Source: Octopus sinensis
Taxonomy: Eukaryota
Reading direction: 5' to 3'
DNA: 64,000 nt
Assembly (NCBI RefSeq): GCF_006345805.1
Contig: NC_043015.1
Span: forward strand, 53,506,001 to 53,570,000
A program made the position numbers and the translations under genes. Numbering within the stretch: the stretch's first letter is position 1; every line of letters starts with the position of its first letter. The notes under the pieces were generated by a model that ran no database searches, was not told where the DNA came from, and saw only the letters and a program-made list of their open reading frames with translations. Below are positions 42,056 through 57,343 of this stretch, in pieces.

Positions 42056-43151
42056 TGTGTACACGAAAGATTTTTCGCACAGATGAATTTACTCACAAGC
42101 TCACAAGGTATTGGTGGGCCCGGTCTGTAATCGACTGTTTTAACCCATGATGTCGCGCCATGGCAGTGAACTCGTAACGAAGTCGTCAAGGGGAGCATTT
42201 CAACTATAGAATCACGATGCATGAAAGAAAATTTATATAAAAATCACTGTTTTAGTCTTGAAGTACGTGTAACCCGAACATGACGATATAAATGACAAAA
42301 GATATGAAAGTTAATTTAAATATGGAAGAAAGAAAAGGAAAATAGAAGAAAAAGAAAAGCGAAAACAAAAAAACAAGGAAAACAATAGAAGATGACTTCA
42401 TCATTTTATTATAAGAAAAAAAAACAACAACAGTATGATGGAAAACACAGTAATGTGATCGCTAGATAACATAATACAGGGCCAGGGACAATCTAACATT
42501 GTACAATTATAATTTATACACTCACACATATATTTATATATCCGTATGAATATCATAAATACAAATATACAGGCATAAATATCTGTGTGTGTATGTGCAC
42601 GAGTGTTTGCATGTGTATGTCAAGGGGTGTGTACTCGGTTCCTGTACCAGTTTCACCGTATTAGGTTCGTCAGGTTGCCAATTAGTTTGTATACTACAAT
42701 ACACTTTACATCGTCCATTGTGAACTCTCTTTTCCAATTTCTTATATATTCCGCTTCTCTTTCCGTCTCTTTACTTATATGCATATATTTATGCATCTAT
42801 ATATGTATCTATGTGTGTATATGTGTATTCATATAATTGTAGAGTTATATGCATAAACAGACACATATTTATATATCTATATCATATATTCGTGTATATA
42901 TTGTAAAATATTGATACATGGAGAGTATTTTTTCGCACGTATATCTCATTAAATCCTCATTTATTATTTGTTTCGTATCTACAAATAATTTATTATTAAT
43001 TTCTTATATATTTTCCCATTAGAAAGACAATAATAATAATAACAATAATAATAATGCTGATGGTAATAATGATAATAATAATAATAATATACATGTGGCC
43101 ACACATATATATTCAAGTACATGTGACTGTGTGTATGTGCATATGTAATAT

Positions 43152-43199
<48 letters not shown>

Positions 43200-43801
43200 A
43201 ATATAAATGTGTATATGTATGCGTTGTATTTTCGAACAATGCGTTATTCCTAGTTACCAAACTCTTCAGAATTCGACATAAAAAAAAAGAAGATGCATGT
43301 GAAAAATTCCGGTGGTATTTCCTGGCTACTGAAACGATATTTGGATAGGAAAAGTACGCAGAGACGATTGATAGGTTTTCATCAGCATTAAGACTTTCAT
43401 TAATAATAGATATTTAAAAGAATAACGAGGGGAAAAAAGAATTATTAATGAATATGAAACAAGCTTGCATGTCCTTAAATATCTCTCTCAAGATGTTATT
43501 AAAACATGAAGGGATGTAAAGTTTATGAACTTGCTTAATGCACACGTACGTACGTACAAATATACATACGTACATAAAGATATATGTGTATTTATGTTTA
43601 TATATATGTATATATGTAAATATATACATATAGATATATATGTGTATGCAAATATATTTATGTATCTATAATGTATATATATATATATATATATATATAC
43701 TCATATACATGTATATGAGTGTATCTACAATATAATATAAATATATATATATATGTATTATGTATTTTTATCTATCTGTCTCATACACACACACACACAC
43801 A

Positions 43802-43840
<39 letters not shown>

Positions 43841-44480
43841 CATACATATACATATATATATATACTCATATACATGTATATGAGTGTATCTACAATATAT
43901 ATATAAATATATATATATGTATATATATACATACATATATACATACATATATATATTCATATATATATATATAAAGTGAGAGATAGATAGTTAGATAGAT
44001 ACATAGAAAGAGAGAGAGAGAGAGAGAAAGGGAGAAAGATGTGCGATATGTGCATGTATATGTTCCGGAGATGCACTCGTTGCGATGTAATTTTATTGAA
44101 TTTATGCTCTATCTTTACTCACATAGAATCGGCAGCGTCCATTGACAAGTGCGTGAAAACAATGGTTAACATTTAATTAAAGAATTACTAGAAGATACAG
44201 GCAGGTGCTCTGCGCACAAATCACAATATGTACGTATATATATAAAATATATATATATCTGCGCTAAAGTACGTACATGATCATACGACCACGCACACAT
44301 ACACAAACACACACATGCGTACAGAAAAACACTCACATTAATGTAAATGTATGTTTGTGTGCATACATATATGTATCTGTGAATAGATATACATACGTAC
44401 GTTTGTGTATGTACGTATCTGTATGTATGACTGTAAGTATACATATATGTACACATGTTTGTGTGTGTGCGTATTTTTCA

Positions 44481-44544
<64 letters not shown>

Positions 44545-44568
44545 CTGTGTGTTTATGTGTATGTATAT

Positions 44569-44659
<91 letters not shown>

Positions 44660-45748
44660 ATATATATATATATATATAGATATATATATATATATATATA
44701 ATATATATATATATACGTATATATAATGAATTATGTGATCGTTTCTTTCCATACTCGAATTCTGCATTTTCTTCGACTAGAATTAATTTTTTGAAAATAA
44801 CTGAAACTGATAATAAACATACATCTGCATACGTGCACAAGTACACACACACATACACGCACACGCATGCGCACATTCATATGTATGCTTGAAAATATAA
44901 GTTTATACATTACACACTGTTACCTCAATGACCCACGTGATCGTCATTCACGTTTCGCCTTCCCTCAGGCTTATCAATGAAGTGTATCCACTTGCGAATT
45001 TCTAAGACAGAATTCGTGCCATGATACATAAAAAACAGAAAATGATATATTCCCTGGCTTTGCGGCTAGATTGCCGTGGTTTTAATATTAAGTGAATGCA
45101 TTGGATTAAAATCACCATCTCTGAATCATACTAAATGTATATACATAACTGAAAGGCACGATAGTGTTCCCTTTGTCTTAGTGGACAAATTGTATTTGTA
45201 TACTACAAAAACAGTTGAAGGTAAGAATGCATAAATAATTGTAGATTCAAAGTCAGAGAGAGAGACACACACAAAGAGAGAGAGACAGAGACAGAGACAG
45301 ACAGACAGACAGAGAAAGAAAAAGAGCGACAAAAAAGGGGCAAGAGAACCAAAATTAGTGATCGTTAAAGAAGTCTTTTATTATAAACATAGACCCTTTG
45401 CGGTGGCGGTGTGATTCCGTTCTATTATGGAATGGTGTGCAAGAAGAATACGAAGGTGGAAGGAAGGAAAGAAGCTTGAAATGAAGACGAGAGTAAACAA
45501 AAGAAGGAATGGTGCCTGAAATGGAATATTTATCTGAAGGAATTATTCATTGTTTACTTCCGATGTACCTGTGGATCCAGAATTGTGTATGATAATGTGT
45601 GTCTGTTTATACATGCACATACACACATATATATGTATATATATATATGTATGTATTTTGTATAGATAAATGCATACAACAATATATATGCTCCTATATA
45701 TATATATATATATAATTACACACGCACACTCACACACATATATATATA

Positions 45749-45789
<41 letters not shown>

Positions 45790-46603
45790 ACCACATGTAC
45801 ATATATTTACATATATTACCCACATATATATATACATATACAAGAACATATATACATACACATGCTCGTATAAAATATGTGTGCGTATATGTATGTTTAT
45901 ATATATCGTGTACGTATAAAATGTATGCATGTGTATACATATGTTTGTATATGTAGAATATATATAATACATATATATACTTATATACATCTATCTATTA
46001 ATCTATCCATTTATCTATTTATAGAGCGCAGAGAAATATAAACTTATTACTCTCACACTCACACAAACTCTCTCACACACACCAATACATTCACACACCA
46101 ATACACTCACACACCAATACACTCACACACCAATACACTCACACACGCACACATGCACACTCGGATGCACATCCGCACAGAACATCAATAAAATACTAAA
46201 ATGGTATTCTTAGGGGTTAGGTGGGGGTTCTGCTCCTGAAAGAAGAACCCAAACAATCCTATAAAGTTACAATAAAACAGTCGATGGCAATTGTATAATA
46301 ATTGTCTTGTTGTTCCATGGAGAAAACGATAAATATTTGCTTCAGTTTTAAAGCCAGGATCGGTTTTCTATCATTTGATACCTCTCATTCGCATCATGTT
46401 CTTCCTATTGTGAAGGAGAAGAAAAGAGAAGAAAAGACCGACTTTAAGCAAAATAAACTTGCGGTATCATATAGTTAAGTAAAGATCTGGAGGGGACCGC
46501 ATAAAGTACAGTGGGTGTGGGTGTGTGTGTATGTGTTTGGTGTATATGATACGTGAGAACCTAGAGATTTAAATGTATATTGGGAAGGAATGATAATAGT
46601 GCA

Positions 46604-46616
46604 GATGATGATGACA

Positions 46617-46648
<32 letters not shown>

Positions 46649-46649
46649 A

Positions 46650-46696
<47 letters not shown>

Positions 46697-46839
46697 ATGA
46701 TGATGACGACGACGACGACGTCGTTGATGATGGTGATGATGACGATGATAATTTCATTTTTGTATCTGGTTCGCAAGATTCTATATGTGAATTCGTGTGC
46801 TGAATTGGCATAATGGCTCTCTCCAGACACAACAAAGTA

Positions 46840-46874
<35 letters not shown>

Positions 46875-46877
46875 TAT

Positions 46878-46955
<78 letters not shown>

Positions 46956-47050
46956 AAGAAGAAGAAGAAGAAGAAGAACAACAACAACAACAACAACAAC
47001 AACAATAATAATGATGATAATAACAAGAACATTGATGATGATAATAATAG
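46604..47050. repeat. Compound trinucleotide array (GAT)n-(AAT)n-(AAG)n-(AAC)n
   Basis: Direct reading. Confidence 0.95.
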
Positions 47051-47079
47051 TAACATTGCAAAGAACATCCTCTCCCAAG

Positions 47080-48137
47080 CTTGACACGTGACCGGTTGTA
47101 CTTCTTCAGAAGAAAGGGTCGGAGAGATTTGATCAGTTGCCAGGATTGTGTTGAATTAGAAGAAAACAGTTGAGCGTAGTATGGGAAAAATGTGCCGTTG
47201 AACCATTGTTGATGCTTGTGAAGAAGTCTGGCATCGTCAAGACTGATAATTGCAATGAGAAAGAGAAATTGAAAAGGAAAAAGATCGGAAAAGAAATGGC
47301 ATGGAAAGGAAAAGAATGTACGGTCAGTTAGGAAGAGATACTAGCACAAAGCAGATACAGGAGGCTGGTGGTTATGGATGCAGAGGAGTGATTAGAGAAT
47401 AAATACAGAAGCACTTATAATAGAGGCACAAGAACAGGCATTGGAGACAAACTATGTGAAATGCAGAACTGATAATCAAACTGAGAGGCACTAATACAGA
47501 ATGTATGGTAAGCAGGGTGAAACAGTGTGGCACACGATAAGTGAGTGGTCGAAATACAAAAAGCGACATGTGGCAAGATTAAGCCATTCGGAACTCTGGT
47601 GGAAATTATGGTCTACAAAAATCAAAGAGGTGATATGACCAAATCCCAGAAAAAATTGTAAAATCCTGTAGGATGCAATAATTTAGTGTGACCATCAGAT
47701 TAAACATCGAAACCATCATATTGTTGTAGTGAACAGAAAACTAAAAGCTTCCCTTACATCTGACATAGCCCGTCCTGGTGAAAACATGATTGAAGAGAAA
47801 GACAAAGAAAAATTGAAATAGAAGTGGGAAATACGAAGGTTGTGGACAATGAAGAACGTAGAAATGATACCGACAATGATTGGTGTACTTTCGAGTATCA
47901 CTGCCCAACTACTAATATGGCGCAAAAACATTCCAACGAATGTAAAGATAAAAGACCTACAAACGTCATCATTGACTGGATCTGCAAGAGTACCCCGCAG
48001 AGATCTGTGGTCAAATGTCACACTGGGTCTCTTTCCACGGTACTCAAAACACAAATTCCTATCTCAAAATCTTCACTGAACCCAATAACAATTCCAATCA
48101 GTTAAGATCAGAATCTATGAGAACCAGTGCCTGGTAC

Positions 48138-48138
<1 letters not shown>
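47080..48138 (+). mobile_element. Decayed R4/Dong-like (RLE) LINE 3' fragment
   Basis: ALIIEAQEQALETNYVK; ETVWH..SE and KRH (CCHC region); IVVV...DIARPG; IPTMIGVL; LQTSSLTGSARV; ends in (TAT)n. Confidence 0.8.
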
Positions 48139-48195
<57 letters not shown>

Positions 48196-48317
48196 CATCA
48201 TCATCATCATCATCATCATCAGCACCACCACGACCACCACCACCACCACCACCACCAACGCCATCGTTGTCGTTGTCGTCGTTGTTGTTTTTGTTGCTGT
48301 TGCAGTTATTGTTAATA

Positions 48318-48388
<71 letters not shown>

Positions 48389-48658
48389 TTATTATTATCA
48401 TTTTTATTCTCCCAAAGCAGCATCGAATTAAATATGGATGCACCGACTTAGTACGCTGGAACGATTTCAGTTAAGAAATTCGTAATTCGTATAAAATTCC
48501 ATTTCGTGATAAACAAATTGAAAGGCAATGTTGAAGAGAGGCGGTTATTAAGTAAATACTTACTACTATCAGCTTAGATAAGAGACCTCACAGATAGGAG
48601 AAATCGAATGAACGAAGACTTTAATAATAGTAATAATAACAATAAATAAATAAATGAC

Positions 48659-48689
<31 letters not shown>

Positions 48690-49536
48690 AAGTTAATGAA
48701 CCAGACGATGTAGACATAACTAAAGGAAAAATTTAATAGATGTATTAGATTAATTCATGTAACAGAGCTAAATAAATATAATTAGATATAAATAAATATA
48801 TTGGCAATAATGCTATTCTAGGCTTTGCAGTTATATGTTATAGCGTTGTCGATTAGAATTCTAGTGGATTAGAAAACCGAGAGAGAAAACGAAAAACAAT
48901 ATGGAGAGCATTGAGAATACTGAACACGAGAGACGACATGGAAAGTGTTGCTGTCAATACAACGCTTGGCTGCGTGGGTGAGAAGATCGCTTTGCTACCA
49001 CGTGATTTCGTATGCTTTCTCACTGCCTAGATGTTTGAGCGGGTAAGTGTCTTTTGGCGATAATTCTGGACCGACTATTTTCTTCTTAGTGAAATCGGTG
49101 GACGGAAAGCTCTGTAGATCTATCCATTCATCTATCCATCCAGCCATCCATCCATTCATCCAACCATCCATACATACATACACACACATCCATCCATCCA
49201 TCCATCCATACATACATATATACATACATACATACATACATACATACATACATACATAATACATACATACACACATCCATCCATCCATCCATCCATCCAT
49301 CCATCCATCCATCCATCCATCCATCAATACATACATATGTACGTACACACATATATACCTACATACGTATGTACATAATTAGGTACATACATACGTACAT
49401 ACATACGTACATACATACATACGTACGTACATACATACGTACACACGTACGTACGTACATACATACATACATACGTACACACATACGTACGTACATACAT
49501 ACATACATACGTACATACGTACATATTAATGCATAT

Positions 49537-49710
49537 ACACGAGGGGACGCTGCAAAAATTCCTGGCATTGCGTAAAAGAAAATAGAGGAGGATCAGTTAA
49601 TTATGATTTTATCCAACCTATTCCGCTCTCCGATTCATTCACTTTGTGCAGCTATCCTTCAACTTTTCTCGGAAAGCTGGGCGTCCAACCAGACTTTTCG
49701 CGGTACTCTT
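49537..49710. mobile_element. Possible degenerate mariner-type MITE
   Basis: Left end TA-CACGAGGGGACGCTGCAAAAATTCCTGG; weak inverted match CCAGACTTTTCGCGGTACTCTTC. Confidence 0.4.
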
Positions 49711-49755
49711 CAAGCCAAGAACATTTCAGCAAACCGTGGAATATGTACACACACA

Positions 49756-49817
<62 letters not shown>

Positions 49818-50282
49818 AATATGTTTGTATGTGTGTGTTTGTCTGCGTGCGAGCGCGAGCTGTTGTTGCTTGTATTTGTAATTCGCCACCTAACAACCGG
49901 TGTTGGTTTGTTCCTGTTTCCGTGAACTAGCGGTTTGGCTAAAGAGACAAATGGGACAAGCAGCAGGCTTGAGAAAAAGAGGTAAACTTTAAGGTGCTGC
50001 AGTCCAATCCATTTGATATGAACTCCCACGCCAACGACATCTACCCGATGACGTTCTATCTCTTCCCTCTTGCCTTTCTTTCTGCTGGTACAGTGTTCTC
50101 AGCACTTCTGAATTGGCTGTATTCCTAAGTCCCTTCCACTCCCTTCATTGCTAAATTGTCTCCCTTGTCTCGGGAGGTGTACCGTGTCACTGACAGTGAC
50201 CGAACTTACCATTATATTTTGTCCGTCGTCCCAAAAATGGCAGGATGAGGGATTAACCTCAATGACTATTTTTTTCTTTGCC

Positions 50283-50502
50283 TTTTCTTTTATTTGTTTC
50301 AGTCATTTGACTGCAGCCATGCTGGAGCACCGGTTTTGAGTCGAGCAAATCGGCCCCAGGACTTATTCTTTGTAAGCATAGTACTTATTCTAACGGTCTC
50401 TCTTGCTCAACCGCTAAGTGACGCGTACGTAAACACATCAGCATCGGTTGTCAAGCGATGTGGGGGAACAAACACAAGCACACAAACATACACACACACA
50501 AA

Positions 50503-50545
<43 letters not shown>

Positions 50546-50656
50546 ACACATATACGACCAGCCTCTTTCAGTTTCCCAAGATGACACGCAGTGGGACTCA
50601 ACCCGGAACCACGTGGTTGGTAAGCAAGCTACATACCACAAATCCACTCCTGCGCC
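50283..50656 (-). mobile_element. SINE family A with an internal deletion
   Basis: Matches 11729-12144; ends CCACTCCTGCGCC. Confidence 0.8.
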
Positions 50657-52588
50657 TATAAGAGAATTTAGAAGTGTCCTGCCACTATCGTGAACCTTGT
50701 GAACAAAAACAACTACATTGATAGGAGGTAGGGCTTCGAAACCCAGGGTGAAACACTTTCCTTCAGTAATCCTTTTCGGTGATTGATTTAAATCAGATTT
50801 TCGATCAAATGAATTTTCTACTAACTTTATTAACATGTAAGAGGCTGCATATTACGCAGATACGTGTAATTTTCACTTAATACTACATTAAACAATGTGA
50901 TACATGCCTGGACCCCGTGAATTAGGGTTAACAGCAATCAATATCAGAGTAGTTTCCTCTAACAGTTTCATCAACTAAAATTCATTTACGCAGCTTGGTA
51001 AAATGAGGCTAAGAGAAACCGAGAGAGAAAGATAGATGGATAGAGAGAGAGAGAGAGATGAAGAGAGAAGGAAGAAAGAGGCAGAGAAAGGGAGTGAAAT
51101 CTTACCCCAGATGTCACGTTGTAACATCATACAAGAGGTGCGAAATTGCGGAGCGGTTTGAACATTCCGACCCAAAAACACTTATACGCATGATTACAAA
51201 CTCTAGCAAGAACATACACACACACACACACACTCTCATACACACACACGCACACACAGATGTACACGTATACACTCATATGGCCAAACACGTATAGGCA
51301 ACGAGAGATACTCACATTGAGCAATGCACGGACCATATATATGTCGGTTGACACAGACACACACACACACATACGCACACATACACACATATACATAGAC
51401 ACATAGACACATATACACACACGTACACACACATACACTCACACATACACACACAAAAACACACACACATGTATATGTATATGTGTCTGTCTCTCTTTAA
51501 ATATATATATATTTATATGCATATACATTTTTGCGTGTATATATATATATATGAATATGTATATATATACCTAAATATATGTATACATATGTATGCGTGT
51601 GTGCATGTATATATATACACAGACACACACACATGTATGTATATATATACATATACATACATGGATATATATATATATATATATGTGTGTGTTCAAAATA
51701 ACCATTCGGGCGTATGTCTTGTATACTTTATTATTAATAGCTGATATAATAGGACATAATAATTATTAGGTAACTTTTATGTATCAATAAGGTGTGTAAC
51801 GTACACCATAACAATGAAAGTAGAATTGGACCCCCAAGGGGAAGTCTAAAATATTACAAACAACACACGCCGCCATTATATTGTATCGTTACCTACTATT
51901 TCACGCCTCATAAAACTTCAATATAATTTTATATTTAATAAAAGTTACATTGAACTAAGATATTTTTTTCTAATGTCTCCTATGATATTTGAAATCACCT
52001 GGAGTTACATTGCTTGACGCTTTTTATGGATCGTTTTTGTATATTTATATTTTGGTATTTTTACTCACTTCAACCGAGTTAAGAAAATTTATAAAAATCT
52101 CTATATGGAAAATAATTTTCTTCGGTTCATAAATAATTGTTCTCCGAAAACTGTTTAACAGAGTGTAACAAAACTTCAACGTGATTCCTCTTTTCTATCT
52201 CCTATACTAGAGAGTGTCAACAAGCACGTTATACTTCTATTACGGGCGAAGAATCATAATCAACGTTTTCATAGTAATGACTTCTTTTATGTTTCATACG
52301 ATACGCTAGCCAGCCCAGCCATAAATCATAGCTTCTGTATGATATACGGGAAGTTAAGTGGATTGAAAAGTTTGGGGAGATGAAAAAGAACTCAATAACG
52401 AGAAACTACTAATAGACTTCCATAGCAACCGCCTCAGAGTTGATAGAGATAGAATATACCTACCCTACATACAAGAAAGAAGGGGCTTGATTCAAATTGA
52501 AAATTATAGTAAACTAGTAACAGAGTAGGAAAACAGGTTGAAGTAAGCAAAAGGGAACCGCTAAGTGCGATAAAGCAACACGTAAATA

Positions 52589-53516
52589 CAGGGTATGACA
52601 AAATAATCCGACATATTTGTATGTTTAATAAATACAAAATAAAGAAAAAAAACGAAAAACGTTTTTTGTTTGATTTTAAAAATTAAATCCGTGAAGTGGA
52701 TGCCGCAAGTGTCCACTAACTGTCGAAGCTGTTCACGAAAGTTGTCCAAAACTCGACGGGTCATTTCATGTGGAGTGGCAGCAATTTTATTGGCATCAAT
52801 TTATTGTTCAATAGATCGAGGGTGATGAGTGTATACCTCTGATTTCAGGTACTCATGCAGAAAAATATCGCACGGGTTCAAATCAGGTGATCGGGCGGGT
52901 AAAACCGATGTCACAGTGCAGTCAGATCAAATGACAGGGAAACATCTCTCACAAAATCCCAATCGAATGTGGAGAAGTGTGGGCTGTTGCCCCGTCCTAT
53001 TGAAACCAAACAGTGTCCTTATCGTGAAGTCCATTCAGTTTGGGTTTCAGAAAAAATCTGTAGCATCACACAATATCGATCAGAGTTCACAGTCACTGTG
53101 ACATTGTCTTTTTCGAAGAAGTACGCATCCCGATTGGGATTTTACGAGAGATGTTTCCCTGTAATTTGATCTGACTGCACTGTGACATCGGTTAATGCCG
53201 AATTCTACTGCTGCAGAATCTCGAGTAGGTACAGGATCATGTCTACCAAGCCTGAAGCGCGCATGGAACGCTCTTCGCGTTGCAGTTACGGATTCGTTGT
53301 TCTTCACAAACGTTTCCGCAATGAAAGCGCAACGCTCGCCCATCCAATTCATATTAGCAACTGGAAAAAAAATGAAAGAAAATGTCACATATGTCCACAA
53401 CGGAGAGAAAATAGCATTAAATGTAAATTTCAAAACTGCAAACACACTTTTCGATCATTAATTTATTTTAATTTTATTAAACCTTAAAATGTGTCAGATC
53501 ATTTTGCTGCGCCCTG
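52589..53516 (-). mobile_element. Internally deleted Tc1/mariner transposon, DD41D-like, with TIRs and TA TSD
   Basis: TA|CAGGGTATGACAAAATAATCCGACA and TGTCAGATCATTTTGCTGCGCCCTG|TA; N-terminus ..SVTATRRAFHARF..; WFQ*DGATAH...PARSPDLNPCD with ~41 aa spacing across one frameshift. Confidence 0.85.
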
Positions 53517-54183
53517 TACTTGAATGTTTCCCTCTAAGTGGAAATAATAACGAAGAAACAAGAAAATAACAAATTTATATAAGGATATGTGGAATACTTA
53601 AGAAGCACGTGGATATTTTAAGAACAGAACTTCAAAATTATTGTAAAAAAATAATAAAGTTCATTCACGAGTCATTAGATTCATAAGGGCCGGTTTCCCG
53701 GTTTAAAGGGCGTATATATGCGAGTCATCACCCAAGAGAAGAGGAATTACCGCAATCCTTTATGTATTAAACAAAATGAAGTAGATTGACAAATTTATTT
53801 TTTGAACCAGTTGAAGACACACAAGATGTCGAAATATCGTTCACTTAAGAACAATGACACTCTTATTTTAATTTTGATATAATAATAATAATAATAGTAA
53901 TAATGCTTTCTAGTATAGGCACAATGAGGGAGGAGATGGATAGTCACTTACGCCGATTATCATTTGGTATCTATTCCATTGTTCCCGGAACAATGAAAGG
54001 CAAAGTCATCTTTGGCGGAATCTGAAATCAGAGAGTAAAAAAGAACAAAATAAACAGTTTGTTCGACATGCTTACAGTACTGCTAGATAACCGCCTTAAT
54101 AGTAGCACCAACACAATTTATAAAAAAAAAATTTACAAAAAAAAAAAAGATGCATTAGTTTAACGGTCGGGAAGTGAGAAAGT

Positions 54184-54219
54184 CTTTTACGTTTCGAGCC
54201 TAAGCTCTTCAACAGAAAG
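54184..54219 (-). ncRNA. Minimal hammerhead motif in a solo pLTR of the 59-63 kb PLE family
   Basis: CTTT-CTGTTGA-A-GAGC(TTAG)GCTC-GAAA-CG-TA-AAAG. Confidence 0.7.
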
Positions 54220-54378
54220 GAACACAGAAATATACATGGGGAGAGAATAGAAAATAGAAAATATATATATATATATGTGCGTATATATATATAGTATTGG
54301 TATTATATATATATATTATATATGTATATATATACATACACATATATATCTATGTTATATATATGTATACATATATGC

Positions 54379-54447
<69 letters not shown>

Positions 54448-54458
54448 AAGATATATAT

Positions 54459-54525
<67 letters not shown>

Positions 54526-55035
54526 GTTATTATATTCATATATACCATATATACACAGAGAAGTGCACACGCACACATATCCAGAGATAGAGAAAGAGAT
54601 AGAGAGAAAGAGAGAGAGCTAGAGAGAGAGAAAGAGAGAGAGAGTGAGAGCGACAGGCGGGCAGATGGACAGAGAGACATTGGGATGAGGAGGAAGAAAA
54701 ATATAATTAAATCTACTCAACATCACAGCAGCAAAATTTGAACCAGCTGACCGACCATCCATCCGGACAGAAAGGAGGCAATTCGGATGCTCAACAAGCC
54801 CGCAAACCAGCAGGCCGACCAACCGGTCAGGCGATCAGACAGACAGAAGCCAAGCAGATAGCCAACATTGTATACTCTTTAAGACAGCCGGCCACCCTTA
54901 TAAATATGCATTAGAACAACGCCTCTCCGATTATCCATGTGAGCCTAAACAGCATCTGCTACGTGACTGACCAAATGATATGCATCTTACATATTGCTGA
55001 GAGAGAGGGAGAGAGAGAGAGTGAAAGATGGTGAT

Positions 55036-55070
<35 letters not shown>

Positions 55071-55272
55071 CAAAGAGATAGAAATAGAGAGCATGAGAGA
55101 GAGGCGGGGGGAGAGAGGGTGACACATGCATGCACACACGAAGAGATTAGCTATGAGTAAAAAGAAATGCAGTGAGATTATGTATAAGTGTGGACATGTG
55201 TGGTTCTTTTGTTCTTGTTATTAATGTCGGCTTATGTTTGTTTGCAGGTGTGTGCGTGCATGTGTGTGTGTA

Positions 55273-55311
<39 letters not shown>

Positions 55312-55438
55312 ACATGAGTTGCTGCTGTCGCAGAGTGTGATTGTGTGAGGTTGTCTGTGTGGGGGTTACGGCAGATCAATATTGTTGGTGCATACATAAT
55401 GTCCCACGTTTGACATCTTGCTTATGTGCGTATGTATG

Positions 55439-55469
<31 letters not shown>

Positions 55470-55514
55470 TGATATATGGATATATATATTTACATATATA
55501 CAAGCATGCAAAAA

Positions 55515-55693
55515 CAAAGGCGTGGCTGTATGGCAAGAAGCTTGCCTCCCAGCCTTATGGGTCAGGGTTCAGTCCCAATGCATAGCATCTTGTGCAAATG
55601 TCTTCTGCTATAGCCTCTAGCCCACCAAAGTCTTGTAAGTGGATTTGGTAGACGTAAGCTAAAGAAAGCCCCTCGTATATATGTGGAAGTATT

Positions 55694-55729
<36 letters not shown>

Positions 55730-55835
55730 TGTGTTTTTCCTCACCACCATTTGATAACTAGTGCTGATGTATTTATGTCCCCATAATCTAGTTGTTTGGC
55801 AAAAAAGATCGATAGAATAAGTATCAGGTTTAAAG
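55515..55835 (+). mobile_element. SINE family A, degenerate, 3' truncated
   Basis: GGCGTGGCTGTATGG...GGGTTCAGTCCC...GTGGATTTGGTAGACG...GATAGAATAAGTA. Confidence 0.7.
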
Positions 55836-55940
55836 AAAAACAGTATATATAGTTGCAATTTATAGAAAAACAAAATACGAAGAAAGGTGTAAGAACAATG
55901 AGCAGATGTATGAGTTTGATGCTCGAGAAAAAGGAAAAGT

Positions 55941-55976
55941 CTTTTAGGTTTCGAGCCTACGCTCTTCAACAGAAAG
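55941..55976 (-). ncRNA. Minimal hammerhead motif in a solo pLTR of the 59-63 kb PLE family
   Basis: CTTT-CTGTTGA-A-GAGC(GTAG)GCTC-GAAA-CC-TA-AAAG. Confidence 0.65.
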
Positions 55977-56112
55977 GAATAAGAGAAAACAAACGGGGAG
56001 AAAATGAAAAAAAAACTGTATCTTTAGTAGTCGAGCATGGGGACTGGTTAGAAGAAATGGTTGAAAGAAGAGGTTAGAAGAAACGGAGATAATAAAGAAA
56101 TGGTGAATCCAC

Positions 56113-56260
56113 ACTGTTTCACGTTGAATCTCCCTGAGAACTACATTAACGATGTACGTGTCTGTAGAGTACTCAGCCACTTGCACGTTAATTTAATGAG
56201 CAGGCTGTTCTGTTGATCGAATCAGCTGGAACCCTGGTCGTCGTAACCGACGGAGTGCCA
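56113..56260 (+). mobile_element. SINE family B, 3' part
   Basis: CCCTGAGAACTAC...CAGCCACTTGCACGTTAATTT...GTCGTCGTAACCGAC. Confidence 0.7.
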
Positions 56261-56433
56261 CGAATATTTGGGTCTATATATTACATTTGCGAGCGACTAA
56301 TTCAATGATGTGTTGAGACTATATAATTTCTTTATAGTATTCTTTTTTCCATTTAGTGTCTCGAGTTTCAAGTTGGTGCATTTATTAATGGACCTGCATT
56401 GTTTTAAATTTATGTTTAAAGTCTTTCTTCGTG

Positions 56434-56480
<47 letters not shown>

Positions 56481-56547
56481 GCACGCACACACAAAACGTA
56501 TATATGTACGAATGTTTATGTGTGCTTCTATATGTATATATATATAT

Positions 56548-56580
<33 letters not shown>

Positions 56581-56645
56581 TATATATCTATATATATATA
56601 TATATACATATATACATATATATAAATATATATATACATACATAT

Positions 56646-56726
<81 letters not shown>

Positions 56727-56818
56727 TACATACCAGAGTACGCACATAAATGTGAAACATGCTAGAAACAAAATTACTCGAAATAGGCTACAAAAACATC
56801 ACAAAAACTTCACAAAAT

Positions 56819-56858
56819 ACTGCGACTGAGAGTTTCACGTTCCCGTTCGTCGGACAGT
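56819..56858 (-). ncRNA. Compact type I hammerhead motif with U4->C core
   Basis: ACTGT-CCGACGA-ACG(GGAA)CGT-GAAA-CT(CTC)AG-TC-GCAGT. Confidence 0.7.
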
Positions 56859-57278
56859 TTTGATATATAAGTACACATATGAATATATATGCATGCATGT
56901 ATATATGAATATGCATGCATATATGTGTGAGTATATATATATATATATATTAATGTATATATATACATACATATATACACACATTTATATATAAAGAGAG
57001 AGAAAGAGATTAATCCTGCATTTTGTAATGCAATATACTAATGAAACTGTAGTCGTAGTGCAATCGGATAATCAATACACGTGTATACACACATGCACAC
57101 ACAACTACAGTCATCTAAATGTGTATACACGCGTAGTTATACATGTAGACGCATGCGCTTGCGCATGCACACACAAACATGTATAAATATAAACACAAAC
57201 ACAATCATGTATAAATATATATTTATACATACAAGTTTGCATATGTACACTTACCTCGAAATGTACATCCACTCGTAT

Positions 57279-57343
<65 letters not shown>

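Noticed and set aside
54640-55000. GC-richer unique stretch with a TATA-like TATAAAT near 54899
   Set aside because: No downstream exon or other evidence; a promoter call cannot be supported in AT-rich DNA.
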